Assembly: GCA_964569245.1 (NCBI GenBank)
Contig: CAZMTK010000002.1
Span: forward strand, 25,952-89,951
DNA length: 64,000 nt
Direction: 5' to 3'
Source: an uncultured bacterium
Lineage (GTDB): Bacteria > Fermentibacterota > Fermentibacteria > Fermentibacterales > Fermentibacteraceae
The translations under genes and the position numbers were made by a program. Within the stretch, counting starts at the first letter, position 1. Each line of letters begins with the position of its first letter. Below, one piece after another: positions 36,217-47,074 of the stretch. The notes under the pieces were generated by a model that was not told the origin of the DNA, did not search any database, and worked only from the letters and a program-made list of their open reading frames with translations.

Positions 36217-37143
36217 TTAATCCTCGCCGAGCTCCATGTCGTACTGCTCGAGAAGCTCCACTATCAGCTTCAGCGACGCCTGCCCGAGATTCGGCAGTGA
36301 GAGCAGCTCGGAGGAGGTTCTGGCGGCCAGGTCCTCGAGCGTCTCGATGCCACCCGCCTCGAGAACGTTGACGATTCTCGGCGAAAGCGCCGTATCGCGC
36401 AGAGGGGTGATGCTCGAGCCCTTCCCGTGGTCCTCCGAGCCGGGCTCCTCGCCGAGAATGAGCCCGAAGTGCTTCACGAGGATGTCGCAGGCTCTGGAGA
36501 GGGCGTCCCGGGGGGTGATGCTGCCGTCGGTCTCGATATCCATGGTCAGGCTGTCGAAATCGGTCCTGTCGCCCACGCGGGCGGGATCGACCGAGTAGTT
36601 CACCTTGCGCACAGGGCCGAACCAGGAGTCGAGGAGAATCTCGCCGATCTCCTTGCCCCGGCCGGCATCGTACCACTCCTCCGCCGTGACGTAGCCCTTG
36701 CCCTTCTCGACCGTAATCTCGAGCTTCAGACGGCTTCCAGGGCCGATCTCCGCGATCACCTGGTCGGGATCCAGGATCTCGACGCAGGAGTCGCCCTTGA
36801 GGTCTGCACTTCGAGCTGTCGCAGGGCCCTTCATGTCCAGCCTGAGCCTGGCGGAGCCCGAGCCCTCATGCTTCAGGTCCAGGGACTTGATGTTGAGGAT
36901 GATGTCGGGCACGTCCTGGAAGACGCCCGGGATCGTCGTGAACTCGTGGCTCGCGCCCTCTATCTTCACAGAGACCGGTGCAGCGCCTTCGAGCGAGGAG
37001 AGCAGCACCCTCCTCAGTGCGTTACCCAGGGTTCGACCGAATCCGCGTTCCAGGGGCTTTATCACTATCCTGCCGCGCTTGTCGGTCGTTTCTTCGTCGT
37101 CCCAGGCTATTCGATCCGGCAGATGAAGGCTCCTGTATTCCAT
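36217..37143 (-). CDS. rpoA: RNA polymerase alpha subunit
   Basis: PLERGFGRTLGNALRRVLLSSLEG, HEFTTIPGV, RVGDRTDFDSL; start MEYRS at 37143. Confidence 0.97.
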   Translation of the reverse strand: MEYRSLHLPDRIAWDDEETTDKRGRIVIKPLERGFGRTLGNALRRVLLSSLEGAAPVSVKIEGASHEFTTIPGVFQDVPDIILNIKSLDLKHEGSGSARLRLDMKGPATARSADLKGDSCVEILDPDQVIAEIGPGSRLKLEITVEKGKGYVTAEEWYDAGRGKEIGEILLDSWFGPVRKVNYSVDPARVGDRTDFDSLTMDIETDGSITPRDALSRACDILVKHFGLILGEEPGSEDHGKGSSITPLRDTALSPRIVNVLEAGGIETLEDLAARTSSELLSLPNLGQASLKLIVELLEQYDMELGED

Positions 37144-37223
37144 CTGGTACCCCCGACCGTAAGCTGATGGATCGGCCAGCCCCGGCCTGCCGGGCCAGGG
37201 GCGGGTCGGCACTGCTGCATGTT

Positions 37224-37628
37224 CTACATCCTGCGCCGCTTCGGCGGTCGGCAGCCGTTGTGAGGGATCTTCGTGATGTCCTTCACGCCGGTGACCTCGA
37301 GCGAGGTGGACTGGAGAGCCCTGACGGCGGACTCACGACCGCTGCCCGGACCTCGCACCCAGACCTCGACACGCTTGAGGCCGGCCTCGAGAGCCCTCTC
37401 GGCGGCCTGTACCGCGGCCTGGCTGGCCGCGAAGGCCGTTCCCTTCCGGGTGCCCTTCACGCCGGTAGTCCCGCCGCTGGACCACGTGATGACGTTCCCC
37501 TTCAGGTCTGTGATCGTGATCATTGTGTTGTTGAAAGAGGACTTCACGTGGGCGATCCCGTTCGTGTCGGTGACTCTGGCAATCTTCCTGGCCGCTGTCC
37601 TGGCCCTGGCCGCCTGTGGCTTCGGCAA
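37224..37628 (-). CDS. rpsK: 30S ribosomal protein S11
   Basis: [27 protein letters not shown]; TTG start. Confidence 0.98.
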   Translation of the reverse strand: MPKPQAARARTAARKIARVTDTNGIAHVKSSFNNTMITITDLKGNVITWSSGGTTGVKGTRKGTAFAASQAAVQAAERALEAGLKRVEVWVRGPGSGRESAVRALQSTSLEVTGVKDITKIPHNGCRPPKRRRM

Positions 37629-37646
37629 GGCTTCCTCCTGTTCTGC

Positions 37647-38012
37647 TTAGCGCTTCTTCATGTGCCCGACGCGCGGTCCCTTGCGGGTACGGGCATTCGT
37701 GTGAGTCCGCTGGCCGCGCACGGGCAGGCCGCGCCTGTGTCTGAGCCCTCGATACGAGCTGATGTCCATGAGCCTCTTGCGGTTCATGGCGATCTCCGCC
37801 CTCAGCGCGCCCTCCACCTTGTACTCCGCGTCGATGATGTGCCTCAGTGTCGCGATCTCGTCCTCTGTGAGGTCATCCGTCTTCTTCTCCGGGGGTATGT
37901 CGGTCTTCGAGAGAATCTCCCGCGAGACGGACAATCCTATGCCGAAGATGTACGGGAGCGCGTAGACGATCTGCTTGTTCCTCGGAAGATCGATGCCCGA
38001 TATCCTCGCCAC
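37647..38012 (-). CDS. rpsM: 30S ribosomal protein S13
   Basis: [27 protein letters not shown]; GTG start. Confidence 0.98.
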   Translation of the reverse strand: MARISGIDLPRNKQIVYALPYIFGIGLSVSREILSKTDIPPEKKTDDLTEDEIATLRHIIDAEYKVEGALRAEIAMNRKRLMDISSYRGLRHRRGLPVRGQRTHTNARTRKGPRVGHMKKR

Positions 38013-38039
38013 TCTGGTCTACCTCCAGCCCTGCCGGCT

Positions 38040-38156
38040 TCAGCCCTGACGCTGCTTGTGCTTGGGGTTGCGGGGGCATATGACCAGCACCTTGCCCTCG
38101 CGCCGGATTATCCGGCAGTATTCGCATATCTTCTTGACGGACGAGCGGACCTTCAT
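38040..38156 (-). CDS. rpmJ: 50S ribosomal protein L36 (zinc-binding type), absent from the ORF track
   Basis: Translated by hand: [38 protein letters not shown]. Confidence 0.97.
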   Translation of the reverse strand: MKVRSSVKKICEYCRIIRREGKVLVICPRNPKHKQRQG

Positions 38157-38166
38157 CGCAGTTCCC

Positions 38167-38391
38167 CTACTTGTAGCGGTAGGTGATCCGGCCGCGCGTC
38201 AGGTCGTACGGCGACAACTCAACGGTTACCCGGTCCCCCACCAGTATCCTGATGTAGTTCATCCTCATCTTGCCCGATACGTGACAGAGCACTATGTGTC
38301 CCTCGGGCTTGTCGAGCCTGACCCTGCACATGTTGTTGGGCAGAGTCTCGGCTACCGTGCCGTCGACTACCACCCCCTGGTCCTTAGCCAC
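38167..38391 (-). CDS. infA: translation initiation factor IF-1
   Basis: [32 protein letters not shown]; GTG start at 38391. Confidence 0.97.
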   Translation of the reverse strand: MAKDQGVVVDGTVAETLPNNMCRVRLDKPEGHIVLCHVSGKMRMNYIRILVGDRVTVELSPYDLTRGRITYRYK

Positions 38392-38425
38392 CAACACCTC
38401 TTTCTGCAGACATTGAAGAATTTGC

Positions 38426-38455
38426 AATATCGCTGTTTTAGAGCTATGCCGTCAA
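38426..38455 (-). promoter_or_regulatory. possible internal sigma70 promoter for infA-rpmJ-alpha operon
   Basis: Minus strand TTGACG-N18-GATATT in a locally AT-rich stretch overlapping the end of map. Confidence 0.4.
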
Positions 38456-39181
38456 CACTACGGGCTCGCTCCCCGAGACCATTATCGTATGCTCGGCGTG
38501 CGCGGACAGACTGCCGTCGGCGGTCACCACCGTCCACCCGTCCTCCAGAACCCGCACCTCCCATGTCCCCGCGTTCACCATCGGCTCTATCGCCAGGGCC
38601 ATGCCGTCGGTGAGCTTCTGTCCGCGACCGGGCGTTCCGAAGTTCGGCACCTGGGGGGGCTCGTGCAGCTTCCTGCCGATGCCGTGCCCCACCAGATCGC
38701 GGACTACTGCGAATCCCCTGCTTTCAACGTAGTCCTGCACTGCGCTGCCGACATCACCCAGCCTGTTCCCGCACACCGCGGCGGAGATGCCCCTGCGCAG
38801 GGCTTCGTAGGTGACTTCGACCAGCTCGCCCGCGCTCCTGCTCGGCGCCGCCCCCACGAAGAAGCTGTCAGCGGCGTCTCCGTGGTAGCCGTCCTTGAAG
38901 ACGCCCACGTCGATGCTCACCAGCGAGCCCTCTCTCAGCCTCCTGCTCCCCGGTATCCCGTGCACCACTTCCGAATCGATCGAGATGCACACCGCCGCAG
39001 GGTAGCCGCGATATCCCAGGAACGAGGGCCTGCCCATCTCGGAGGAAATGACGGCCCTCGCCAGCGAGTCCATCTCCGCGGTGGTTACGCCCGGGGCTGC
39101 GAACGCCCTGAGCTCGCCGAGCACCTTCCGCACGATCCGGCCCGACTCGCGCATCTTCGCGAGCCTGGCCCCGACCGTCAT
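38444..39181 (-). CDS. map: type I methionine aminopeptidase
   Basis: [44 protein letters not shown]. Confidence 0.97.
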   Translation of the reverse strand: MTVGARLAKMRESGRIVRKVLGELRAFAAPGVTTAEMDSLARAVISSEMGRPSFLGYRGYPAAVCISIDSEVVHGIPGSRRLREGSLVSIDVGVFKDGYHGDAADSFFVGAAPSRSAGELVEVTYEALRRGISAAVCGNRLGDVGSAVQDYVESRGFAVVRDLVGHGIGRKLHEPPQVPNFGTPGRGQKLTDGMALAIEPMVNAGTWEVRVLEDGWTVVTADGSLSAHAEHTIMVSGSEPVVLTA

Positions 39182-39795
39182 TCCAGTTCCCGGAGCAGGT
39201 TCTCGATCCGGTTCCAGACCTCCTGCTCCGTCCCGGTGCCGTCCACCCTGCAAAGGCGGTTCTCGTAGAACCGGGCGAGCGGCGCTGTGCTGGAATGGTA
39301 CTCTGCCAGCCTCCTCCGGACCACCTCCTCCTTGTCGTCCGGTCTCGAGGACAACGGAGCGCCGCAGGACGGGCATGCGCTCCCAAGAGAGACCGACCCG
39401 GTGAATCCACAAGCGCTGCAAGAGGTTCTCGATGAGAGCCTCCTGACTACCTCCGCATCCGGCACCTCGAGAAGAAGCGCACAGCTCAGGGGCTTTCCGG
39501 AGCCGAGGTACTCGTCCAGCCGGCGAGCCTGCATCAGGTTCCTCGGATAGCCGTCCAGCAGGAAGCCGTCCGCCGAATCCAGGCGCGAGAAAACCATCTC
39601 GTTCACGATCGCGTCGCTCACCAGAGCCCCGCTCCGCACGATCCCGCCTACCCTGAGCCCCAGCTCGGTTCCAGAGGACATCTCCTCACGAAGGATGTTG
39701 CCGGTGGAGAGGTGGACCAGTCCGAACCGCGAGCAGATCCTCCCCGCCTGAGTGCCCTTGCCGGAGCCCGGAGGCCCGAACAGGACAAGTCTCAT
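39178..39795 (-). CDS. adk: adenylate kinase (zinc-lid type)
   Basis: GPPGSGKGTQ, GFLLDGYPR, lid CSAC...CPSC, RPDD. Confidence 0.97.
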   Translation of the reverse strand: MRLVLFGPPGSGKGTQAGRICSRFGLVHLSTGNILREEMSSGTELGLRVGGIVRSGALVSDAIVNEMVFSRLDSADGFLLDGYPRNLMQARRLDEYLGSGKPLSCALLLEVPDAEVVRRLSSRTSCSACGFTGSVSLGSACPSCGAPLSSRPDDKEEVVRRRLAEYHSSTAPLARFYENRLCRVDGTGTEQEVWNRIENLLRELE

Positions 39796-41096
39796 CGTCT
39801 TCCCCTGATCCTGCCCTTCGCGAGGAATCCCTCGTAATGACGCATGAGGAGATGGGTCTCGATCTGCCTCAGCGTCTCGAGGGCGACTCCGACTACGATC
39901 AGAAGGCTGGTTCCGCCGAAACGGAAGTTGATGTGCGCGTTCCGCAGGAGGAGCATGGGAAGGATGGCGATGATCGCAAGGAAGATCGAGCCGGGCAGCG
40001 TGACTCTTATCAGCACTCTCTCGATGTAGCTGGCGGTGCTCTTGCCCGGTTTCCGTCCGGGAATGAAGCCGCCGTACTTCTTCATGTTCTCGGCCAGGTC
40101 CTGCGGGTTGAACACGATCGCAGTGTACACGAAGGTGAACAGGATGATCAGGGCAGAGTACACGAACATGTAGAGGAAACTGGAGGGGGAGAAGAACCTG
40201 TTCACGGTCTCGACTATGCCGGAACCCGGGAAGAACATCGCAATGCTCGACGGGAACATCAGGAACGACTGCGCGAAGATGATCGGGATGACGCCAGCCG
40301 TGTTCAGCCGCAGCGGTATGTGCGTGCTCTGCCCCCCGAAGATCTTCCTGCCCCTCACCTGCTTGGCGTAGGTCACGGGGATCTTCCGCTGGGCCTCCGT
40401 CATCAGCACCACGAACGCGACAACGGCGAACATGAAGACGGCTATGAAGATGGCCGAGACGAAGGAGGTCTGCTGGAGGACGAACACATCCCTGTAGAAG
40501 GAGAAGACAGCGGATGGGATGTCGCCCACTATTCCGGCGAAGATGATCAGGCTGATCCCGTTTCCGATGCCCCTCTCGGTGATCCTCTCGCCCAGCCACA
40601 TCACGAAGATCGTGCCGGTTATGAGCGTCATCACCGTCTGGAGGGTGAAGCCTATGCCGGGATAGGGCACCACACCGGGTATCTGAGAATTGAGACTCAC
40701 GATGTACTGGGTGATTCCGAGACCCTGGATGAGGCCGAGGCCCACCGTCGAATACCTCGTTATCTCGGTCATCTTCTGGCGTCCGGCCTCGCCCTCCTTC
40801 TTCAATCTCTCGAAGTAGGGCATCACCGACGTGAGGAGCTGAATGATGATCGAGGCCGATATGTAGGGCATGATGCCGAGAGAGAAGATGCTCGCCCTGC
40901 TCAGGGCACCGCCCACGAACAGGTTGTACACATCCATCAGGTTCCCCGTGCCGCTCATGGCCGACTGCAGGAGCTGCAGGTTCACGCCGGGGACGGTGAT
41001 GAACCCGCCCAGCCTGTATACCGCAAGCAGCAGCAGCGTGTAGAAGATCTTCTTCCTGAGCTCGGGAATCCTGAAGATGTTCTCGAAACCGCGCAT
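39792..41096 (-). CDS. secY: preprotein translocase SecY
   Basis: SIFSLGIMPYISASII, GIGNGISLIIF, GGFIPGRKPG, GGTSLLIVVGV. Confidence 0.99.
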   Translation of the reverse strand: MRGFENIFRIPELRKKIFYTLLLLAVYRLGGFITVPGVNLQLLQSAMSGTGNLMDVYNLFVGGALSRASIFSLGIMPYISASIIIQLLTSVMPYFERLKKEGEAGRQKMTEITRYSTVGLGLIQGLGITQYIVSLNSQIPGVVPYPGIGFTLQTVMTLITGTIFVMWLGERITERGIGNGISLIIFAGIVGDIPSAVFSFYRDVFVLQQTSFVSAIFIAVFMFAVVAFVVLMTEAQRKIPVTYAKQVRGRKIFGGQSTHIPLRLNTAGVIPIIFAQSFLMFPSSIAMFFPGSGIVETVNRFFSPSSFLYMFVYSALIILFTFVYTAIVFNPQDLAENMKKYGGFIPGRKPGKSTASYIERVLIRVTLPGSIFLAIIAILPMLLLRNAHINFRFGGTSLLIVVGVALETLRQIETHLLMRHYEGFLAKGRIRGRR

Positions 41097-41539
41097 CAGC
41101 CCAGCACCTCTACGGCCCCGCCGGCACTCGCGATTGCATCGGCGGCGGTCCTGGTGAAGGCGTGCGCGCAGACCGTCAGCCTGACCGACAGCGTGCCGTG
41201 CCCGAGAATCTTCACCGGCTTCAGCCTGCTGGATATCAGTCCCGCATCCTTGAGCTCGTCGGGCGTGACGACGGTGTCGGGCGCGAATCTGCCGAGCATG
41301 CCGACATTTACGACCTGGAAGACGGAGGCGAACCGGGCGTTGTTGAACCCCTTGTGAGTCATGCGCCGCTGTATCGGCTGCTGTCCGCCCTCGAACCAGG
41401 GGTGCACCTTACCTCTGGCCTTCTGGCCCTTGTGGCCCTTGCCGGCAGTCCCGCCCACTCCGGTACCGTCGCCGCAGCCGCGCCTGAGAGGCTCCCTCAC
41501 GGCACCCTTGGCAGGGCGCAGATGCTGAAGACGTCTCAC
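41096..41539 (-). CDS. rplO: 50S ribosomal protein L15
   Basis: GKGHKGQKAR, FEGGQ, VKILGHG. Confidence 0.97.
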   Translation of the reverse strand: MRRLQHLRPAKGAVREPLRRGCGDGTGVGGTAGKGHKGQKARGKVHPWFEGGQQPIQRRMTHKGFNNARFASVFQVVNVGMLGRFAPDTVVTPDELKDAGLISSRLKPVKILGHGTLSVRLTVCAHAFTRTAADAIASAGGAVEVLG

Positions 41540-41730
41540 TCCTGGACCTCCTCAACGCTCACGAGGTGGCGCACTCTCCATATCATGCCCCTCACCGCAG
41601 GGCCGTCGTCGTGCACGACCACCTGGTTCATCCGCCTGAGACCCAGAGCATCGAGCGTCCGCTTCTGGACTTCCGGGCAGTGGATCCGGCTCCTGACCTG
41701 CTTGACGTGCAGCTTCTTCTTCCTAGCCAT
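41536..41730 (-). CDS. rpmD: 50S ribosomal protein L30
   Basis: [14 protein letters not shown]; spc operon position. Confidence 0.95.
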   Translation of the reverse strand: MARKKKLHVKQVRSRIHCPEVQKRTLDALGLRRMNQVVVHDDGPAVRGMIWRVRHLVSVEEVQE

Positions 41731-42280
41731 TGGACTGGCGCCTCCGCTCCTCGACGTCGGACCTCCGCCAGGAGTTCACCTGGTCTATCAGCCTCAGGTC
41801 CCTGAGCCCGGCCATCGTGGCCTTCACGATGTTGTGCGGGTTGTTGGTGCCCTGGGACTTGCTGAGCACGTCCTTCACCCCGGCGCACTCCATGATTGCG
41901 CGGACAGCGGCACCCGCGATGACGCCTGTTCCCGGGCTGGCGGGTCGAAGGAGCACCCTGCCCGCCCCGAACTCGCCGATCACGTCGTGCGGCAGCGTCC
42001 TGGAATCCACCAGAGGGACGCTCATCATGGTCTTCTTCGCGGCCTCGGTCGCCTTGCGGATGGCCTCCGGCAGCTCGGCGGCCTTGCCGTGGCCCACCCC
42101 TACGCTGCCGCGCCCGTCCCCTACGGCGACCAGCGCATTGAAGCCGAACCTGCGGCCTCCCTTTATGACCTTCGCGACCCTGTTGACCGCGATCAGGCGG
42201 TCGAGGAGCTGCTCCTCCTCTCCCTCTGCGGTCTGGACCCTGGCTGCCCTGTCCTCGGTCTGATCTGTCTTTCTGTCCAC
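41723..42280 (-). CDS. rpsE: 30S ribosomal protein S5
   Basis: [26 protein letters not shown]. Confidence 0.98.
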   Translation of the reverse strand: MDRKTDQTEDRAARVQTAEGEEEQLLDRLIAVNRVAKVIKGGRRFGFNALVAVGDGRGSVGVGHGKAAELPEAIRKATEAAKKTMMSVPLVDSRTLPHDVIGEFGAGRVLLRPASPGTGVIAGAAVRAIMECAGVKDVLSKSQGTNNPHNIVKATMAGLRDLRLIDQVNSWRRSDVEERRRQSNG

Positions 42281-42292
42281 CCCATACCCCCG

Positions 42293-42655
42293 TCAGAAGA
42301 CAAGGCCGCTCTCGCGGGCCTTCTCCGCAAGCGCCTTGACTCTTCCATGATACGGATGGCCACCGCGGTCGAAGACCACGCTCCGGAAGCCCATGTCCAA
42401 GGTCTTCCTGGCCACGATCTCTCCCAGCCTGGCAGCGGCGGATGTCTTCGTCTCCCTCTCCGCGGCAGCGAAGTCATTGGAAGTGGTGGTGACGCAGAGA
42501 AGTGTCCTGCCGGAAACGTCGTCCACCAGGCTGGCGATCATGTGCCGGTTGGTGCGATGAACGCACAGCCGGGGCCGCTCAGGGGTGCCCGACAGCCGCT
42601 TGCGTATGCGGATGTGCCTCCTGCGCAGCCGTTCCCTCTTGTCGGCGGTTGCCAT
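42293..42655 (-). CDS. rplR: 50S ribosomal protein L18
   Basis: RPRLCVHRTN, VVFDRGGHPYHGRV. Confidence 0.97.
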   Translation of the reverse strand: MATADKRERLRRRHIRIRKRLSGTPERPRLCVHRTNRHMIASLVDDVSGRTLLCVTTTSNDFAAAERETKTSAAARLGEIVARKTLDMGFRSVVFDRGGHPYHGRVKALAEKARESGLVF

Positions 42656-42667
42656 ATGACCCTTTCC

Positions 42668-43216
42668 TTACGCCTTCGTGGTCTTCGTGGCCTTGCGGCG
42701 CACCTGCTGGTCGGAATACCTGAAGCCGTTGAGGTTGTAGGGCTCGACAGGCTTGATCCTGTAGAGCATTGCGGCGAAGGCGCCCACCAGGTCCCTGCTG
42801 TTGCCGCTTATGCCTATGGTGAAGGTGTTCTGACCCGGGGCGACCTGGACGGAGAGGCCCTGCGGGATCTCGAAGAGGAGCCTGTGCGAGAAACCGACCT
42901 GCATCTCGAGGATGCGGCCCTTCACCTCTCCCTGGTAGCCCTTCCCGTTGACGATCAGGCTGAGGGAGTGCCCCGTGTCCACCCCCTTGACCTTGTTCGC
43001 TACGTGCGCCCTCGAGACCCCGTGGAGCCTCTTCAGCTCGGTGGAGTCGTCCTTACGCTCGAGCCTGAGCACGTCGCCCTCCATGACGGCGGTGATGCCG
43101 CCGGGAAGCCTGTGCTCCGCCTCTCCCCTGGGTCCCCTGATCTTCAGCAGATCCCCCTCGATCCTTACCTCCACCTTCGGGGGCAGCTTGACGGGAAGCC
43201 TTCCTATGCGCGACAT
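42668..43216 (-). CDS. rplF: 50S ribosomal protein L6
   Basis: MSRIGRLP, GKGY, PVEPY. Confidence 0.97.
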   Translation of the reverse strand: MSRIGRLPVKLPPKVEVRIEGDLLKIRGPRGEAEHRLPGGITAVMEGDVLRLERKDDSTELKRLHGVSRAHVANKVKGVDTGHSLSLIVNGKGYQGEVKGRILEMQVGFSHRLLFEIPQGLSVQVAPGQNTFTIGISGNSRDLVGAFAAMLYRIKPVEPYNLNGFRYSDQQVRRKATKTTKA

Positions 43217-43225
43217 CTCGACCTC

Positions 43226-43621
43226 CTACCAGACGTGCAGGAGGACCTCACCGCCGACCCGCTGCTCGCGGGCCTCGGTGTCGGTCATCACGCCGCGCGG
43301 TGTAGTGAGAACGGCCACTCCGCGGCCGGCCATCACCCTGGGAATCTCTGAGGCGCCGGCATAGACCCTGCAGCCGGGTCTCGACACCCTCTTGAGTCCG
43401 ACGATCATCGGCTTTCCGCTGCGGTAGGCCAGAAAGAGCCTCAGGATGCCCTGCCTGCCGTCGTCAATCCTGCGGAATCCCCTGATGAATCCTTTGCGGT
43501 AGAGGACTTCCGCTATGGATGCCTTGATGCTGGATGCCGGGATGTCGACCATCTTGTGGCCGGCAGCCGCGGCGTTCCTGATGCGGGTGAGCATGTCGGC
43601 AATGGGATCGGTCATCGACAT
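43226..43621 (-). CDS. rpsH: 30S ribosomal protein S8
   Basis: MSMTDPIADMLTRIRNA, SRPGCRVY, GGEVL. Confidence 0.98.
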   Translation of the reverse strand: MSMTDPIADMLTRIRNAAAAGHKMVDIPASSIKASIAEVLYRKGFIRGFRRIDDGRQGILRLFLAYRSGKPMIVGLKRVSRPGCRVYAGASEIPRVMAGRGVAVLTTPRGVMTDTEAREQRVGGEVLLHVW

Positions 43622-43632
43622 GGCCTGCCCCC

Positions 43633-43818
43633 CTACCAGCTTGCCTTGCGGACGCCCGGGATGAGGCCCCTGTTGGCCATGTCCCTGAAACAGATACGAC
43701 AGATGCCGAACCTTCGCAGGAACCCCCTGGGACGTCCGCAGAGAGCGCACCTGTTGTAGTGTCTAACGCCGAACTTCGGCTTGCGCTTCTGCTTCGCGAT
43801 CAGGCACTTCTTAGCCAA
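43633..43818 (-). CDS. rpsN: 30S ribosomal protein S14, zinc (type Z) form
   Basis: RCALCGR..CRICFR, 61 aa; TTG start. Confidence 0.97.
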   Translation of the reverse strand: MAKKCLIAKQKRKPKFGVRHYNRCALCGRPRGFLRRFGICRICFRDMANRGLIPGVRKASW

Positions 43819-43828
43819 CTCCAGCCCC

Positions 43829-44395
43829 CTACCTGGCCGCGCCGGGCCTGCGGAACGGGAGTCCGAGCAGTCTCAGCAGCTCGAGACCCTCCTCGTCGGT
43901 GCCGGCCGTCGTTACCATTGTGATGTTCATCCCCCTGAACTTGTCGATCTTGTCGACATCTATCTCCGGGAAGATCGCCTGCTCCTCGACGCCGAAGTTG
44001 AAATTGCCCCTGCCATCGAAGCCCTTCGGATTGAGCCCCCTGAAGTCCCTCACCTGGGGCAGGGCGAAGCTGGAGAGCCTGTCGAGGAACTCCCACATCG
44101 TGTCGCCGCGGAGGGTCACGAAGACTCCGATCTGCATGCCCTCCCTGAGCCGGAAGCCGGCAATCGAAAGCCGGGCCTTGGCGATCACGGGTTTCTGACC
44201 TGTGATCCTTCCGAGCTGCTCCTGGGCGTTGGTGATGTTGTTCGCGTTCTCGATGGCCTCCTTGCCGAGGCCCATGTTGACCACGATCTTGACCATTCTG
44301 GGGATCTCGTTGACATTCCGGTACTCGAATCTCTTCAGGAGGGCAGGCGCGACTTCCTCCCTGTACAGCCTCTTGAGCCTGGGCATCTCCTTCAT
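43829..44395 (-). CDS. rplE: 50S ribosomal protein L5
   Basis: KIVVNMG, ITGQKP, FDGRGNF, IFPEI. Confidence 0.98.
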   Translation of the reverse strand: MKEMPRLKRLYREEVAPALLKRFEYRNVNEIPRMVKIVVNMGLGKEAIENANNITNAQEQLGRITGQKPVIAKARLSIAGFRLREGMQIGVFVTLRGDTMWEFLDRLSSFALPQVRDFRGLNPKGFDGRGNFNFGVEEQAIFPEIDVDKIDKFRGMNITMVTTAGTDEEGLELLRLLGLPFRRPGAAR

Positions 44396-44415
44396 GTCGC
44401 TGTCACCCGGCCTTC

Positions 44416-44724
44416 CTAGAAGCTCTCGCCGCAGGAGCGGCAGACGCGCTTGAGGCGTCCCTCGGCGTCACGAGAGCGCCGATAGCCCTTGGCCTCGCCG
44501 CAGCCGGGGCACACTACCCTCAGGTTGGAGGCGTCAAGAGGGGCTTCCTTCTCGACGATTCCACCCTGGGGATTCGTACGGTTGGGCCTGGTATGGCGCT
44601 TCACGAAGTTCACACCCTCGACCAGGGCTCTGCCCTTGCCGGGGATCACCTTGAGCACCTTCCCCTTCTTACCCCTGTCGTCGCCGGTGCCAACGATCAC
44701 CTTGTCGCCCTTCCGCACGTGCAT
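44416..44724 (-). CDS. rplX: 50S ribosomal protein L24
   Basis: [21 protein letters not shown]-terminal CPGC..CRSC. Confidence 0.97.
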   Translation of the reverse strand: MHVRKGDKVIVGTGDDRGKKGKVLKVIPGKGRALVEGVNFVKRHTRPNRTNPQGGIVEKEAPLDASNLRVVCPGCGEAKGYRRSRDAEGRLKRVCRSCGESF

Positions 44725-45089
44725 CAGATCACCTCCGGGGCGAGGGAGACGATCTTCATGAAGCCCGCCCTGAGCTCCCGGCCCACCGGGCCGAAGATCC
44801 TGGTGGCTACGGGCTGGAAGGCATCGTCAACGATCACCGCCGCGTTGTCGTCGAACCTGACGGAGGAGCCGTCCGACCTGTTGATCTCCTTGCGCACCCT
44901 GACCACCACGGCCTTGCGGACCTCGCCCTTCTTCACCGTTCCGTTGGGCGCGGCCTCCTTGACTGCGACAACTATCACGTCGCCGATGCTCGCATAGCGC
45001 CTCCGGGTTCCGCCCAGCACCTTGATGCAGAGCACCTCCCTGGCGCCGGAGTTGTCGGCGACGACGAGCCTGGTCTCCTGCTGGATCAT
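44724..45089 (-). CDS. rplN: 50S ribosomal protein L14
   Basis: [31 protein letters not shown]. Confidence 0.98.
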   Translation of the reverse strand: MIQQETRLVVADNSGAREVLCIKVLGGTRRRYASIGDVIVVAVKEAAPNGTVKKGEVRKAVVVRVRKEINRSDGSSVRFDDNAAVIVDDAFQPVATRIFGPVGRELRAGFMKIVSLAPEVI

Positions 45090-45103
45090 CGCCTGCAGCC
45101 CTC

Positions 45104-45370
45104 CTAGCGAGCTTTCTGTAGGATCTCGAGGAGCCGCCAGCGCTTCTTCGCGGAGAGGGGGCGGGTCTCGGCGATCCGCACCACGTCGCCCTCGCCGCAC
45201 TGGTTGCTCTCGTCGTGCGCGTAGAAGCGGCTGGTCTGTCTGAACCGCTTCTTGTAGACAGGATGGGGCTTCAGGGCTACGACCTTCACGACGATGGTCT
45301 TGTCCATCTTGCCGGCGGAGACGACCGTGCCCTTGAGCACCTGCCTGTTCCTTGTCCGGGTCTCGGCCAT
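45104..45370 (-). CDS. rpsQ: 30S ribosomal protein S17
   Basis: [18 protein letters not shown]. Confidence 0.97.
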   Translation of the reverse strand: MAETRTRNRQVLKGTVVSAGKMDKTIVVKVVALKPHPVYKKRFRQTSRFYAHDESNQCGEGDVVRIAETRPLSAKKRWRLLEILQKAR

Positions 45371-45380
45371 ATGCTTCTCC

Positions 45381-45596
45381 TCACTGTCCGGACGGGCCGG
45401 GCGAGATGCCCAGAGCCCTCTCGCGCTTTATCGTGAGCGCCCGGGCCAGCTCGTGTCTCGCCTCGCGAATCCGCACTGGGTTGTCGACCTGCTGGGCGGA
45501 CTTCCGGAAGCGCAGGTTGAAGATCTCCTGTCTGAGCTCCCGGATGTGGCTGTCTAGCTCCTCCCCGCTCATCGAACGCATCTCTCCGCTCTTCAT
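45381..45596 (-). CDS. rpmC: 50S ribosomal protein L29
   Basis: [17 protein letters not shown]; position between rplP and rpsQ. Confidence 0.93.
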   Translation of the reverse strand: MKSGEMRSMSGEELDSHIRELRQEIFNLRFRKSAQQVDNPVRIREARHELARALTIKRERALGISPGPSGQ

Positions 45597-46015
45597 GCGT
45601 TCGCCTCCCTGTTCCTTACCACGAATCTCGTCAGCACGGGGAGCTTGTGGCTGGCGAGCCTCATCGCCTCGCGGGCCACGCCGACGTCCACCCCCTCTAT
45701 CTCGAACATGATGCGCCCGGGCTTCACGACGGCGACCCAGTGGTCCACCGCCCCCTTGCCCTTGCCCATCCTGGTCTCGGCCGGGAGGCTGGTGATCGGC
45801 TTGTCGGGGAAGATCCTTATCCAGATCTTGCCGCCGCGCTTCACGTGCCTCGTGATGGCCACCCTTGCCGCCTCTATCTGCGCGCTGGTCACCCAAGCCG
45901 GTTCAACGGCCTGCAGGCCGTACTCGCCGAAAGCCACGGTGGCCCCTCCCTTGGCGCGGCCGGTAAGACGGCCCTTCTGGCACTTGCGGTACTTGGTCCT
46001 CTTAGGCATCAGCAT
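45593..46015 (-). CDS. rplP: 50S ribosomal protein L16
   Basis: [18 protein letters not shown]. Confidence 0.98.
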   Translation of the reverse strand: MLMPKRTKYRKCQKGRLTGRAKGGATVAFGEYGLQAVEPAWVTSAQIEAARVAITRHVKRGGKIWIRIFPDKPITSLPAETRMGKGKGAVDHWVAVVKPGRIMFEIEGVDVGVAREAMRLASHKLPVLTRFVVRNREANA

Positions 46016-46028
46016 GTTGCATCACCCG

Positions 46029-46691
46029 CTAGTCGGACGGGCCGGTCTGGCCCTGGTACCCGTGTATCTCGCCGTTGTAGATCCACACCTTCACGCCGAT
46101 CATCCCGTAGGTCGTGCGGGCGGAGGCCCTGGCGAAGTCAACGTCCGCACGGAGAGTGTGCAGGGGCACCCTGCCCTCGTGGTACGTGTTACGGCGCTTC
46201 ATCTCGGCGCCTCCGAGCCTGCCGGCGCAGCTGACCTTTATCCCCTCGGCGCCGGCGCGTATTGCGTCGGAGATGGCCCTCTTCATGGCACGCCTCACCG
46301 AGACGCGGCTCTCTATCTGCCTCGCGATGCTTTCCGCCACGAGGCTAGCATCCCTCTCGGGCTGGCGAATCTCCTCGACCTTCATCTTGACCGACTTGCC
46401 TGTGAAGTGCTTGAGCTCCTTCGTCAGGAGGTCGATCGTGCCGCCCCTGGCACCGATGACGAGACCGGCCCGGGCCGTCCAGATCGTCACCTGGACCTCC
46501 TGGGGCTTGCGCTCTATCTCCACGCGCGAGATCTGCGCCTTCTCGAGCTTCTTGTTCTTGAGCAGATACTTGCGGAGCCGGGCATCTTCGCGGATGTGCT
46601 CGGCGTACCTGCCGCCGCGTGCGAACCAGACGGAGCTCCACCCCCTGATGATGCCGAGTCTGAGTCCAACCGGATTCGTCTTCTGACCCAT
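46029..46691 (-). CDS. rpsC: 30S ribosomal protein S3
   Basis: [30 protein letters not shown]. Confidence 0.98.
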   Translation of the reverse strand: MGQKTNPVGLRLGIIRGWSSVWFARGGRYAEHIREDARLRKYLLKNKKLEKAQISRVEIERKPQEVQVTIWTARAGLVIGARGGTIDLLTKELKHFTGKSVKMKVEEIRQPERDASLVAESIARQIESRVSVRRAMKRAISDAIRAGAEGIKVSCAGRLGGAEMKRRNTYHEGRVPLHTLRADVDFARASARTTYGMIGVKVWIYNGEIHGYQGQTGPSD

Positions 46692-46692
46692 G

Positions 46693-47067
46693 TCATCCCT
46701 CCCTGACCGCGCCACCGGCAGGAGCGGTGCTGACCGTGACGGTGATGTGGCTGGAGCGGTGGCGCACCCTCGTGGCCCTGCCGCGCGCGCGATGGCGGAA
46801 TCTCTTCAGGGTCGGCCCGTTGTCGATGACGACATGGGATACGGTGAGCTCGTCTATGTCGAGCTTTGCGCCCTCCGATTTCTGTACGGCATTCGCGACT
46901 GCCGAATCCAGAGTCTTCTCTATCTCCCGGGATGAGACCCTGGGAACGTTGAGCAGGATCGATAGCGCCTGGTTCACTGTCTTCCCCCGGATGAGGTCCG
47001 CGACCTGACGGGCCTTGCGGGGCGTCATCCTGACGAATCTGGCCTTTGCGGTAGCTTCCATCGTCAT
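46693..47067 (-). CDS. rplV: 50S ribosomal protein L22
   Basis: [26 protein letters not shown]. Confidence 0.96.
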   Translation of the reverse strand: MTMEATAKARFVRMTPRKARQVADLIRGKTVNQALSILLNVPRVSSREIEKTLDSAVANAVQKSEGAKLDIDELTVSHVVIDNGPTLKRFRHRARGRATRVRHRSSHITVTVSTAPAGGAVREG

Positions 47068-47074
47068 CACCCGC

